A stretch of DNA of 64,000 nucleotides from Mobula hypostoma (GCF_963921235.1 NC_086097.1:19532001-19596000); one strand, 5' to 3'. Shown: positions 10,798-22,182, counted from the stretch's first letter. Notes: a model not told the origin generated them from the sequence alone. Program-made: numbers and translations.

Positions 10798-12738
10798 CTA
10801 GGTCTGCTTCTCCTCTGCCGCCCCCGGGCAGTGCATCAGCATCATCCCGTTGCTGAGCGCCCGCTTCCACATGTAGTAGGTGGAACGCGGGGTGTGCGGG
10901 AAGTAACTGCTAAACTCACGGAAGGTCGGGAAGTCCCTGGACACGTAACGGCGCTGCAGGAATAGCTTGGCCTTGGCTTTGGACGATGGCCCGTGTTGAG
11001 TAGCCGGAGCCGGTGGCTGGACGGCCATCCCATTGGGCTCCGGCATCACACCGGCTCCCGGGACCTCCTGGACCAAGGAGGCCCCGGCCCATGGGACAGT
11101 GACAGGGGCGGGCAACTCCCCGTGGGGCCGCCTGGGCTCCCGGGAGCCAGTCTTCTGGGCCAGGGCCCTCCAGCGCAGGAAGGTGGCAGTGGAGATGGAT
11201 GGGAAGCGCACGCGGAGGGCAGACAGTGGCATCTGCCAGCTCTGAGCCCGCCTCCTGGCCTCCAGCTGCAGCTGCTGCCACTGCCTCACCCTTCGCAGCC
11301 TGGCGGAGAAAGAAGGGGCAGTCAGCAGACCAGGCAGGGGGCGGCTATTGCCGCCACCACTGCCCCCAAGCCGGGAAGCAGGCGGAGGCAGGGCCAGGAA
11401 GCCATCATGCCCGTTGCCATGGCGCTGGTGGCCATCCCGTGTCCGGCCCATTGCCTCCTTCCTCCAGTTGTAGTACGTGGATCTGGAGATCCAGGGGTAA
11501 CTCTTTCTGAAGCTCTTGTAAGGTGGGCAAGCATTGAGGAGGACACACTCCTGCAGGAAGCTCCTGGCCTGCTGCATGGTCAGGGAGCGCTGAGCGGATG
11601 GGCTGGCCACTTCCTTCGCCGGGCCCGCGCCGCTGTGCAGAGCCCCTCCCCCTCCCGGCTCAGGCTCCGTCCCGGCGCCAGGCCCGGGCGGCAGCCTCCC
11701 GCCAGCCATCAGCACCATCTCGTGCTTCCAGGCGTAGTACGTAGAGCGGGAGATGTCGGGGAACCGGCTGCGGAACTGCTGCAGCGGCAGGAAGCCCCCA
11801 CCCTCGGCGAAGCAGCGCTGCAGGTAGTGGCGGGCCTCGTAGCGGGCAGCCGCCCGCCGCCGGTGCTCCCGCGACTGCCGCTTCCAGCGATAGAAGGTGC
11901 TCTTGGTGATGCTGTACCTCTCGCGCAGCACCGAGTAGGAGATGTCAGGCTCGGCGTTGAGCAGCTCCAATGTCCTGAGTGGCGGGGTCGGCCTGTCAAG
12001 GCCGCGCAGGGAGACAACGGGGGCAAAGTACTGGGGCCTGAAGATGGCCTGGGAGAGGGGCTCGCCCGCCCACATGATGTGCAGGGTAGGCACCGGAGGC
12101 CCGGGCGGCCGGGTCCGGGGGCCGATTACCCGGTTGAAGTAGGGGCGGATCTTCAGGTTTCTCATGGGGTAAATGGAATAGATGTCACTCTGTAGCACAG
12201 ACGCCAGTGCATAGACATGCCACATGTTGGCGAAGGCGCCCGGGTAGCAGGTGGCCTTCACGTCAGCATCAAAGATGGCCTCCAGGATGCCCATGGGCAG
12301 GTTCATGCCACGGGCCGACTCCTCAGTGCACAGTGAGTACTTGGCAGCCTGCAGCATCACCTTGGAGTCGATCATACCGTTTAGGTAGTACTGCTTGTGG
12401 AGCAGCATCTCCACCATAGTCCTCAGCTGCAGCTCCATGCTGAGGCTGCCGTCACCCAGCAGCAGCACACTGGCCGCCTCGAACAGACGGTCGCCCACGC
12501 CCTTGCCGGCCAGGGGCACCATGCCCGGCGGGGCATCTCCTGGGTACAGCGCCTCAGCCTTGGGGTCCACCTCGGCTTCTCGGAAGGAAGTGCTCCTGGA
12601 GGGCAGCGGGAACGGTAGGCTCGCCAGCTTCTTGTCTACGTCGACGGTCACGGCCCTCAGGACATCCGGCTCGGCACACTCTGTGGCCTCCTGCAGCCGG
12701 TAGCGCAAGGCTTCCACTAGTTCTGACCGGTGGGGCAT
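10798..12738 (-). CDS. vrtn: Vertnin: N-terminal OTU-like domain plus repeated helix-turn-helix modules; single coding exon
   Basis: Intact 646-aa GC-rich ORF with recognisable vertnin segments (LFEAAS..GD, GMIDSKVMLQA, LEAIFDADVKA, WHVYALASVLQ, IYSIYPMRNLKIRPYFNRVI, LHIMWAG, QYFAPVV) and five S(R/K)ST(Y/F)YxW(K/R)-type repeats. Confidence 0.96.
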   Translation of the reverse strand: MPHRSELVEALRYRLQEATECAEPDVLRAVTVDVDKKLASLPFPLPSRSTSFREAEVDPKAEALYPGDAPPGMVPLAGKGVGDRLFEAASVLLLGDGSLSMELQLRTMVEMLLHKQYYLNGMIDSKVMLQAAKYSLCTEESARGMNLPMGILEAIFDADVKATCYPGAFANMWHVYALASVLQSDIYSIYPMRNLKIRPYFNRVIGPRTRPPGPPVPTLHIMWAGEPLSQAIFRPQYFAPVVSLRGLDRPTPPLRTLELLNAEPDISYSVLRERYSITKSTFYRWKRQSREHRRRAAARYEARHYLQRCFAEGGGFLPLQQFRSRFPDISRSTYYAWKHEMVLMAGGRLPPGPGAGTEPEPGGGGALHSGAGPAKEVASPSAQRSLTMQQARSFLQECVLLNACPPYKSFRKSYPWISRSTYYNWRKEAMGRTRDGHQRHGNGHDGFLALPPPASRLGGSGGGNSRPLPGLLTAPSFSARLRRVRQWQQLQLEARRRAQSWQMPLSALRVRFPSISTATFLRWRALAQKTGSREPRRPHGELPAPVTVPWAGASLVQEVPGAGVMPEPNGMAVQPPAPATQHGPSSKAKAKLFLQRRYVSRDFPTFREFSSYFPHTPRSTYYMWKRALSNGMMLMHCPGAAEEKQT

Positions 12739-12785
12739 CCCTGCGGGGTTGCGTCTGGGGATAAGAGAGAATCGGAAGGGAATAA
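12739..12785 (-). promoter_or_regulatory. Splice acceptor region just upstream of the vrtn ATG
   Basis: Minus strand reads ttcccttccgattctctcttatccccAG|acgcaaccccgcAG|ggATG: a polypyrimidine tract with two candidate AGs (plus 12755-12756 and 12741-12742). Confidence 0.75.
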
Positions 12786-12856
12786 ATTTTTTTTTTTTTT
12801 TCCTTATAAATGGATTATTCAGAAAAAAAAATTATTCACCAAACCCCACAAAAAAA

Positions 12857-13160
12857 CGTCCCATCACAGGCAAAGCCTTCCCCACCACTGAGAACATCGA
12901 CAAGGAGTGCTGCCACAAGAAAGCAGCATCCATCATCAAGGACCCCCATCGTCCAGGCCGTGCTCTCTTCTCAATGCTACTGTGAGGAACGAGATGCAAG
13001 AGCCTCAGGACACACACCACCAGTGTCAGGAAGTATTATTATTTTTCAACCTGAACCAATGTGGATAACTTCACTCACCTCAACTCTAAGCTGATTCCAC
13101 AACCTATGGACTCACATTCACAAACAGGACTTGACAACTCACTCTCAGTATTATTCAGAT
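12857..13160 (+). mobile_element. Rex/Babar-like LINE 3' fragment; its 3' UTR appears to resume at ~17237-17395
   Basis: KKAASIIKDPH.PG.ALFS.L peptide. Confidence 0.75.
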
Positions 13161-13161
13161 A

Positions 13162-14689
13162 CAGGTGTCCCCCGTTTTACGAACGTTCGCTTTACGAAAC
13201 CTCACTGTTACGAAAGATCTATATTAGTACCCTGTTTTCGCTTTCAGAAGGTGTTTTCACTGTTATGAAAAAAATTCAGCGCATGCCCCGAGCAGCCGCT
13301 CTCACCCAGATTAGGAACGGCATTCTCGCCAGCATTGCTTTAACACGAGCCTGTGAGCAGTCGTTTGCAAGATGAGTTCTATGGTGTCAAAAAAGCCTGA
13401 AAGAGCTCGTAAGGGTGTTACACTTAAGTGTAAAACTAGGCATAATTAAGCGTTTCGATCATGGTGAACGAAGCAAGGACAAAGTGAGTTTGGCTTGTGG
13501 AAGCTGACGAAGATGATGTTGAAGAGGTTTTGGCATCCCATGACCAAGAACTGATGGATGAAGAGCTGATGCAATTGGAAGAGGAAAGGATAACAATTGA
13601 AACCGAATGAGTAATGATAAAGTATGACTTTAATTTTGAAAGGGTACATAGGTTTAGGGGATATTTAGAAGATTCTTTGAGTCCTTACAAAGAACTGTAT
13701 GATAGAAAAATGCGCGAGGCTCAGCAGTCAAGCAAGCCTTCCACATCAGCCGCAGCAGACGACGAACCTCGACCTTCGACATCGAGGCGGGCAGTCATAG
13801 GAGAAGATGAGCTGCCTGCTCTAATGGAAACAGTTGACGAGATGACACCCCAGTGTCCCACCACCCCAACCCCCAGGCCGCGGACAGATACCGATCCGCG
13901 GAGAATGCAGCGGTAGCACACAGCACATATTTAAGAAAAAAGTCGAAATAAACATGCTAATTAATTAGGTTCCGCCCCACACGTAATTGTCAGCCCAGAT
14001 CAGAGGAGATGCAATCGGCAATTGGCACTGATCTGGGCCAACAATTACGTGTCGGGCAGCACGTAATTAATTAGCATGTTTATTTCGGCTTTTTTCTTAA
14101 AGATGTGCTGGGTGCGTCCAGGCTACCGCTGGACCCCTGCATGCTTCGCGGCAATGTATTGGTTGGTGGACCGGAGGGTGGGGGCCACTGCACCACCCAG
14201 CCTGCGACGACTCAGTCTAACACACCATCATCAGTCTGCTCTGCGCTGTCCTGATTCTGGTAAGTGATACTACACTGTACATACATTATTTCTACTTTAT
14301 ATCGGCTGTGTATTTTTACGTGTTATTTGGTATGATTTGGCAGCTTCATAGTTTAAAGGTTACTGGAGAGCGCTTGCGCCGTGTTTTTGCCAACAGCGCT
14401 TGCGTGAGATTTTTGCTACGGAGATCTGTGCCGGCAATGATTGTGGAAAAGTATTTCTACTTTATATAGGCTGTGTATTTATCATATCATTCCTGCTTTT
14501 ACTATATGTTACTGTTATTTTAGGTTTTATGTGTTATTTGGCATGATTTGGTAGGTTATTTTTGGGTCTGCGAACGCTCACAAAATTTTCCCATATAAAT
14601 AAATGGTAATTGCTTCTTCGCTTTACGACATTTCGGCTTACGAACCGTTTCATAGGAACACTCTACTGTCGGATGGTGGGGGAAACCTG
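13162..14689 (+). mobile_element. Tigger/pogo non-autonomous DNA transposon
   Basis: TA|caggtgtccccc...gggggaaacctg|TA ends; remnants of the CENP-B-like N-terminus (RARKGVTL..KL.IIKRFDHGE) and of a Tigger-type C-terminus (VEEVLASHDQELMDEELMQLEE; YKELYDRK); DDE core deleted. Confidence 0.88.
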
Positions 14690-14691
14690 TA

Positions 14692-17235
14692 CATAGAAAA
14701 ACTACAGTACAATACAGGCCCTTCGGCCCACAATGCTGTGCCGAACATGTATTTACTTTAGGAATTACCTAGGGTTACCGAGAGCCCTCTATTTTTCTTG
14801 GCTCCGTGTACCTATCCAGGAGTCTCTTAAAAGACCCTATCATATCTGCCGGCAGCCCATTCCATGCACTCACCACTCTTTGCATAAAAAACTTACCCCT
14901 GACATCTCCTCGGTACCTACTTCCAAGCACCTTAAAACTGTGCCTTCTCGTGTTAGCCATTTCAGACCTGGGAAAAAGCCTCTGACTATCCACACGATCA
15001 ATGCCTCTCATGCGGGAGGAGAAAATGGCAGCGCGCCACGCGTGCGCAGCTCTCCGGTGAAAATGATATCGTATCTGTTAAATAGGAGCCGTGGACAATT
15101 CTGATTTGATGAAGACAGATGTGAGAAGCAGAGGAACATCTGGAGAAATTTCCGGAATGCCTGGTTCGCTGCTGTTGTCACTGTGCAATCGAGAATCTCC
15201 AAAGGGTAGGCCCAAAAATCCCTGGCTTTGCCTGCTGCTGGCAACCGAGGCTGAGGACGAAACATTTGGACAGAGATGGTGCTCAGTACTCGGTGTCGGA
15301 GGGCTGAACAGAGCTCTAAGTTTTCAGACAACTCAGAGTCGGACTGTGGTCGGGCATGGCAGGGAGAGTTTTCTTCCTTCTCCCGTCTGCGTGAGATGTG
15401 GGACTTTCGAGAAACTTTGAACTTTTTTTACTGTGCCATGGACTGTTCTTCATCAAGTTACGGTATTGTTCCACTGTTGTAACTATATGTTATGTTTTGT
15501 TAGTTTTTTAGTCTTGGTCTGTCCTGTGTTTTTGTTGTATCACACCAGAGGAATATTGTATCATTTCTTAATGCATGCATTACTAAATGACAATAAAAGA
15601 GGACTATGTGTCCTCATAATCTAATCTAATCATTATATACACCTCTATCAGGTCACCTCTCATCCTCCATCGCTCCAAAGAGAAAAGGCCAAGTTCACTC
15701 AACCTATTCTCATAAGGCATGCTCCCCAATCCAGGCAACATCCTTGTAAATCTCCCCTGAATCCTTTCTATAGTTTCCATATCCTTCCTGTAGTAAGGTG
15801 ACCAGAACTGAGCACAGTACGCAAAGTGGGGTCTGACCAGGGTCTTATATAGCTGCAACATTACCTCTCAGCTCCTAAACTCAATCCCATGACTGATGAA
15901 GGCCAATACACCGTATGCCTTCTTATCCACAGAGTCAACCTGTGCAGCAGCTTTGAGTGTCCTATGGGCTCGGACCCCAAGATCCTTCTGATCTTCCACA
16001 CTGCCAAGGGTCTTACAATTAATATTATATTCTGCCATCATATTTGACCTACCAAAATGAACCCTCTCACGGTTATCTGGGTTGAACTCCATCTGCCATT
16101 TCTCAGCCCAGTTTTACATCCTATCAATGTCCCACTGTAACCTCTGACAGCCCTCCACACTACCCACAACACCCCCAACCTTTGGGTCATCAGCAAATTT
16201 ACTCTCCCACCTCTCCACTTCCTCATCCAGGTCTTTTATAAAAATCACAATGAGAAGGGATCCCAGAACAGATCCCCAAGGCACACCACTAGTCACCAAC
16301 CACCATGCAGGATATGATCTGCCTACAACCATTCTTTCCCTTCTGTGGGCAAGCCAATTCTGGATCCACAAAGCAATGTCCCCGTGGATCCCATGCCTCC
16401 TTACTTTCTCAATAAGCCTTGCATGGGGTACCTTATTAAATGCCTTGCTGAAATCCATATACACTACATCTACTGCTCTACCTTCATCAATGTGTTTAGT
16501 CACATCCTCAAAAAAATTCAATCAGGCTCATAAGGCACAACCTGCCTTTGACAAAGCCATGCTGACTATCCCTAATCATATTATGCCTCTCCAAATGTTC
16601 ATAGATCCTGCCTCTCAGGATCTTCTCCATCAACTTACCAACCAATGAAGCAAGACTCACTGGTCTACAATTTCCTGGGCTATCTCTACTCCCTTTCTTG
16701 AATAAGGGAACAACATCTTCAACCCTCTAATCCTCCGAAACCTCCCTGTCCCCATTGATGTTGCAAAGGTCATTGACAGAGGCTCAGCAATCTCCTCCCT
16801 TGCCTCCCACAGTAGACTAGGGTACATCTTGTCCAGTCCAGGAGATTTATCCAACTTGATGCTTTCCAAAAGCTCCAGCACATCCTCTTTCTTAATGTCT
16901 ATACACTCAATCTTTTCAATCCACTGTAAATCATCCCTACAATTACCAAGATCCTTTTCCATAGTGAATACTGGTAAGCAAAGTATTCATTAAATACCTC
17001 TGCTATCTCCACTGGTTCCATACACACTTTTCCACTGTCACACTTGATTGGTCCTATTCTCTCACGTCTTATCCTATTGCTCTTCACATACTTGTAGAAT
17101 GCCTTGGAGTTTTCCTTCATCCTGCTTGCCAAGGCCTTCTCATGGCCCTTTCTGGCTCTCCTAATTGCATTCTTAAGCTCCTTCCTGTTAGCCTTATATT
17201 CTTCTAAATCTATCATTACCTTGTTTTTTGAACCT
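14692..17235 (-). mobile_element. CR1 LINE ORF2 remnant, interrupted at 15013-15630
   Basis: [54 protein letters not shown]. Confidence 0.92.
15013..15630 (+). mobile_element. ~620-bp non-autonomous retroelement, copy 1
   Basis: Clean insertion into CR1; colinear with 39422-40044 in reverse; AATAAA, terminal stem-loop and (aatct)n tail. Confidence 0.85.
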
Positions 17236-17451
17236 TCCGTAATTTATTATTATTTATTTGCAGTTTGTTTTCTTTTGCACTTTGGTTGCTTTGTGTGTAA
17301 TTTTTAAATTTATTCTCAAGTATCTGTGAATGACTCCAAGAAAATGAATCTCAAGGGATATATACATACTTTCTTAGTTAATTTTCTTTGAACTTTGTAC
17401 TCAAATCCATTAGCCAGTGCTTTAGGTATCATGGTTAAGAAAAGTTTAGAT

Positions 17452-17531
17452 CAGGGGTTCCCTGCCTGGGGTCCACAGAGCCCTTGCTTAATGGTATTGG
17501 TCCACAACATAAAGAAGGTTGGGATCCCCTG
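17452..17531. mobile_element. 80-bp hAT-type MITE
   Basis: TIRs caggggttccc / gggatcccctg; 8-bp TSD gtttagat / gtttagag. Confidence 0.88.
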
Positions 17532-17796
17532 GTTTAGAGGGAGCCACATAAAGGACCACAGATACTGGAATTTGGAGCAACCAGCCATCTGCTGGAAGAA
17601 CTCAATGGGTCAGGCAGTATCCTTGGAAAAGGAACAGTCAATCTCAGCTCAATACCCTGTATCAGGTTTGGAGAAGTATGGGCCAAGCGTAGGCAAATGG
17701 GACTGGTTTAAATGGGCATCCTGGTTGGCATGGACATATTGGGTCAAAGGCAGGTTTTCTTGCTGTAGTAATCTGTGGAGGTATTCTCTACAAAGA

Positions 17797-18006
17797 AGAA
17801 GAAGAAGAAGAAAGCCCTTAACTCTGAGTGGAGTCATCGGGACACCGTTTTTTTTAAATCAGGCTTTCTTATTTTTACGAGGCCGAGTTGCTAGCTTGAC
17901 ACTCAACCCAGCACGGATGGAAAGTGTGCACGGGAGCCAGCTGGATTCGAACTCAGGAGCCTTCGCTCCGAAGTCCGGCACTGATGCCGCTACGCCACCA
18001 GCCAGC
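17797..18006 (-). mobile_element. tRNA-headed SINE with (CTT)n tail
   Basis: Minus-strand A-box tggcgtagcgg and B-box gttcgaatcc; 15-bp TSD tattctctacaaaga at 17782-17796 and 18007-18021. Confidence 0.88.
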
Positions 18007-18094
18007 TATTCTCTACAAAGATGCATGGTAGTCACTGCCAGGTAGTGTTGGAAGCAGACACGGTAGTGACATGTAGACGGATGCACACACACAC

Positions 18095-18410
18095 GCACAC
18101 CAGCTCAGGGAGCATCTACGGAAATTAATAAACAGTTGACCTTTCGAGCCAAGACTCTCAATCAGGACTGGTGATGGTCCATAACCCCCCTCCCTTTCCC
18201 ACCCACATCTTCCCATCACTAGCAGGCCTCTATTCCTTCCTCTCCCCCTTAATCTTGCTTCTTCGCCATTCCTTCTCAGTCCTGACGAAGGGTCTTGGCC
18301 CAAAACGTTGACTATTTTCTCATTTCATAGATGCTACCTGACCTGCTGAGTTCCTCAAGCACTTTGTGTGTTACATCGGATTTCCAGCATCTGTAGAATC
18401 ACGTGTTTAT
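18095..18410. mobile_element. Inverted pair of PLE pseudo-LTR fragments
   Basis: Left arm on minus, right arm on plus; hammerhead at 18278-18313 has GAAA mutated to AAAA. Confidence 0.78.
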
Positions 18411-18529
18411 GAAGTGCAGACAGATACAGTTTAATTTGACATCACGGTTAGCATAGATATTGTGAGCAAACAGGCTAATTTCTCTTGTTTGGGCCCATTT
18501 CTCAGCGGTGCTGTGCTATGTTCTAATAA

Positions 18530-19345
18530 GATTACACATGAAGCAGGTATGTGTTTTTAGATTATCACATCTGGGCACAGTTCTGATCACTGCACTACAG
18601 GAAAGACATGAGTGCAGAAGAGATTCACCAGATTGTTGCCTAGGATGGAATGTTTCAGCTATGAAGAGAGGCTGGGCTTGGACTTCATAGAGGCATCAAT
18701 TAAGAGTAAATATACAAAACTTTCCCCAGTAGCAGAAGCATCTACAACTGTAGGGCATTGGTTTAGGGCAGGAGTTCCCAACCTTTTTTTTAATGCCATG
18801 GACCAATACCATTAAGCAAGGGGGTCAAAAAGGTCCTAGGGTAGAGGCCAGGCTGAGATTTGTCCACTGGTTCTCCAGGTTCAAGGGTTCAGCTCAGGGT
18901 CAGGGCCAACAACCCTGACTGGTTATACAGAATTGTTATGAAAACAGCAATGAAGGTTCCTTCTACATCCCAATTGTGATGATATTCCTGAGTCTCCTCC
19001 CAGGACTTGCACAACTGCTAGTAGTGGAAACCGAGAGGAAGCTACTGACGTGATGGAAACCCTGACCGCCAACTGAGATGGAGGACCTCCATTACTGCCC
19101 TAAACGCCAGCAGCAACACCGTGGACCCCAGGTTGGGACCCCCCGGCTGAGGGCAAGGAGAGGACATTGGAAAGGGATCTGAGGTGGTTAGAGTCCAGAA
19201 CAGGCTGTCTGAGGAGGTGATCGAAGCAGGTATCCTAGCATTTAAGATTTATCCAGATGAGCACTTGAATTTCCAAGGCATGGAAAGCTATGGCCCTAGT
19301 ACTGATGAATAGGATAAATACAAATGGGTAAACGATGGTCAACTG
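18530..19345 (+). mobile_element. Degenerate CR1 fragment containing a hAT MITE (18769-19146), which contains an RTE-derived fragment (~18835-19118)
   Basis: QKRFTRLLP.M..FSYEERL; MITE halves match 8409 and 17452; inner piece ends atggaggacctccattactgccctaa, like 28852-28877. Confidence 0.65.
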
Positions 19346-19419
19346 CATCATACGGCAAGGAAGCAGGCCCTTCTGCCCAAATGGCCCCTGCTCACATATG
19401 CCTGCAATTAAAATGATAA

Positions 19420-19630
19420 AGGTTAGTATTATTTGTCAGGCGTAGATCAGAAAATTATGAATGATTTTTCCGAGGAATGTTTTTGAGGGGGAGGGGGCAG
19501 GGCACCACGCTTCCAGCGTTTATTAACATAGCATGCCCACAACTTACTAACCCTAACCTGTAGGTTTTTGGAATGTGGGGGACACCCAGAATACCGGGGG
19601 AAACCCACACAGTCACAGGGAGCCAGTGTG
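19420..19630 (-). mobile_element. SINE fragment
   Basis: Reverse complement of the SINE at 6575-6868 (gcatgcccacaacttactaaccctaac). Confidence 0.65.
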
Positions 19631-21861
19631 GCACCTTAACGTGGCCATATCCAAGTAATAGGTTGTGCAGGCCATCATCCAGAAGCAAGGAACTAAAACA
19701 TGGAGTCTGTCACATGCTGAACTACTCTACCCTCAAGAGAAGGATTAAAGGTTAGATTTGTCGCACCTCCCTTGAAATATATAGTGAAATGTACCATTTA
19801 CGCCCAACCAAATCAGCAGAAGGTGGCCCACAAGTGCCCCTACACTCAATGTTCCCTCTAAGGTGTGCGCGTATACGCATCTTTTGCCATCAGCGCACAA
19901 AGGAATTTAAACTGCACACAAAAGGTTGTCACCCTCGACCTCGTTGGCAGGTTAAGTATATTTCACAATCGCATACAATCACATTTCTTTTTCTGGTTTC
20001 TGATGCGGACAGTGTTGACAACGTGGAGTTTTGTCTGCAGATTTTAGAACTGGCTTATTGAAGAAATTATTCTGCATGCAAATGCTGTTGTCACTGGGCA
20101 TAAAATTCCGTAGCACAAGATTTTTGCACACACTAGTTATTATAAATGAGTGGAAACATTGCCTGTATTTCCAGAGTACCCACAAGTTACGAACACTAGC
20201 CCATACATCTCTGGATTGTGGTAGGAAACCAGCACACCCAGGACTGTACAAACTTCTTACGGAATCACTCACCGATCAGTGAATGTGGATGCTGTGAAGC
20301 AACTGTGCTAAATGTGACAGTAATGTTCCATACTGTACCATTCCAACCCAACCAGCCCATCAGAATAGCATTTATTGTCACTGCCTTATATGATGCAAGT
20401 CAGTGAACAGCAGATCATGTGACCTGTACGCCAACATGAGGAAAGTTGATGCCTTTCTGCTCACATTGCACAAAGCTGCCTTGGTCAAGTACAAACAAGA
20501 GAAAAATCTGCAGATGCTGGAAATCCAAGCAACCCGCACACAAAATGGCTGGAGGGACTCAGCACACCAGGCAGCATCTATAGAAATAAGAACAGTCAAC
20601 GTTTCAGGCCGAAACCCTTCGGCTGGACTGGAGGAAAAAAGCTTTTGGGTGGAGAGAGAAACGCCAGGTGATAGGTGAAACTTGGAGGGGGAGGGATGAA
20701 GCAAAGAGCTAGGAAGTTGATTGGTGAAAGAGGCAGAAGGAAGGTGGGGGGAGGAGCACCAGAGGGAGGCAATGGGCGGGCAAGGAGATAACACGAGAGA
20801 GGGAAAAGGGAATAGGAAATGGTGAAGGAGGGGGCAGGAAAAGAGGCATTACTGGAAGTTTGAGAAATCAATGTTCATGCCATCAGGTTGGAGGCTACCC
20901 AGACAGAATACATGGTGCTGTTCCTCCAACCTAAGTGTGGCCATATCACAACAGTGGAGGAAGCCATGGATAGACATATCAGCATGGGAATGGGAAGTAG
21001 AATTAAAACAGATGGCCATTGGGAGATCCTGCTTGTTCTGCTGGACAGAGCATAGATGCTCGGTGAAGTGGTCTCCCAATCTATGTCGGGACTCACTGAT
21101 ATACGGCAGGCCACACCAGGAGCACCAAACACAGTATATGACCCTAACAGACTCAGAGGTAAAGAGCTGCCTCACCTGGAGGGACTGTTTAGAGGCCCTG
21201 AATGGTGGTGAGGGAGGAGGTGTAGCACTTGTTCCACTTGCAAGGATAAGTGCCAGGAGGGAGATCGGTGCGGAAGAACGAATGGACAAGGAAGTCACGT
21301 AGGGAGCGATCCCTGCAGAAAGCGGGCAGGAGGAAAAGACGCATTTGGTGGTGGGATCCAGCTGCAGGTGGCGGAAGTTTTGGAGAATTATGTGCTGGAC
21401 GGGGAGGCTGTTGGAGTGCTATGTGAGGAACCCTATCCCTGGTAGGGTGGCAGAAGGATGGGGTAAGAGCAGACATATGTGAAATGGAAGAGATGCAGTT
21501 CAGGGCACTGTTGATGATGGAGGAAGAGAAGCACCTTTCTTTGAAAAAGAGGGCTTTTTCTTCATTCTGAATGAAAAGCCTTATCCTGAGAGCAGATGTG
21601 GCAGAGAGAAGAATTGACTGAAGGGGATGGCTTGCTTTTTTTTAAAAAAGTGGCAGGGTGGGATGAGGTTTAGTCCAGATAGCTGTCAGAGTCTGTTGGA
21701 TTATAATAAACATTGGTGGATAAACAGAGGTAGGGATGGTGAGATAGAGAAAAGGGAAGGGAAGTGTCAGAGATGGACCAGGTGAATTTGAGGGCTGGGT
21801 GGAAGTTGGAGGCAAAGTAGATGAAATTGACGAGTTCAGCATGGGTGCAGGAAGCAGCACT

Positions 21862-22182
21862 AATGTTGGGGAAGTCCAGAACAAGGGGTCACAGTTTGAG
21901 GATAAAGGGGAAGCCTTTTAGGACCGAGATGAGGAAAAACTTCTTCACACAGAGTGGTGAATCTGTGGAATTCTCTGCCACAGGAAATAGTTGAGGCCAG
22001 TTCATTGGCTATATTTAAGAGGGAGTTAGATATGGCCCTTGTGGCTAAAGGGATCAGTGGGTATGGAGAGAAGGCAGGTACAGGGTTCTGAGTTGGATGA
22101 TCAGCCATGATCATACTGAATGGCAGTGCAGGCTCAAAGGGCCGAATGGCCTACTCCTGCACCTATTTTCTATGTTTCTATG
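21862..22182 (+). mobile_element. CR1 3' end inserted in the PLE
   Basis: aaaaacttcttcacacagag..tggaattc..ggccgaatggcctactcctg; tail ttctatgtttctatgt. Confidence 0.88.

Noticed and set aside
10993..12195. 400-aa plus-strand ORF and other ORFs overlapping vrtn
   Set aside because: Antisense shadow of a very GC-rich CDS; non-ATG start and no recognisable domain.
17395..18045. 216-aa ORF
   Set aside because: Crosses a MITE, PLE/CR1 scraps and a SINE in antisense; no coherent protein.
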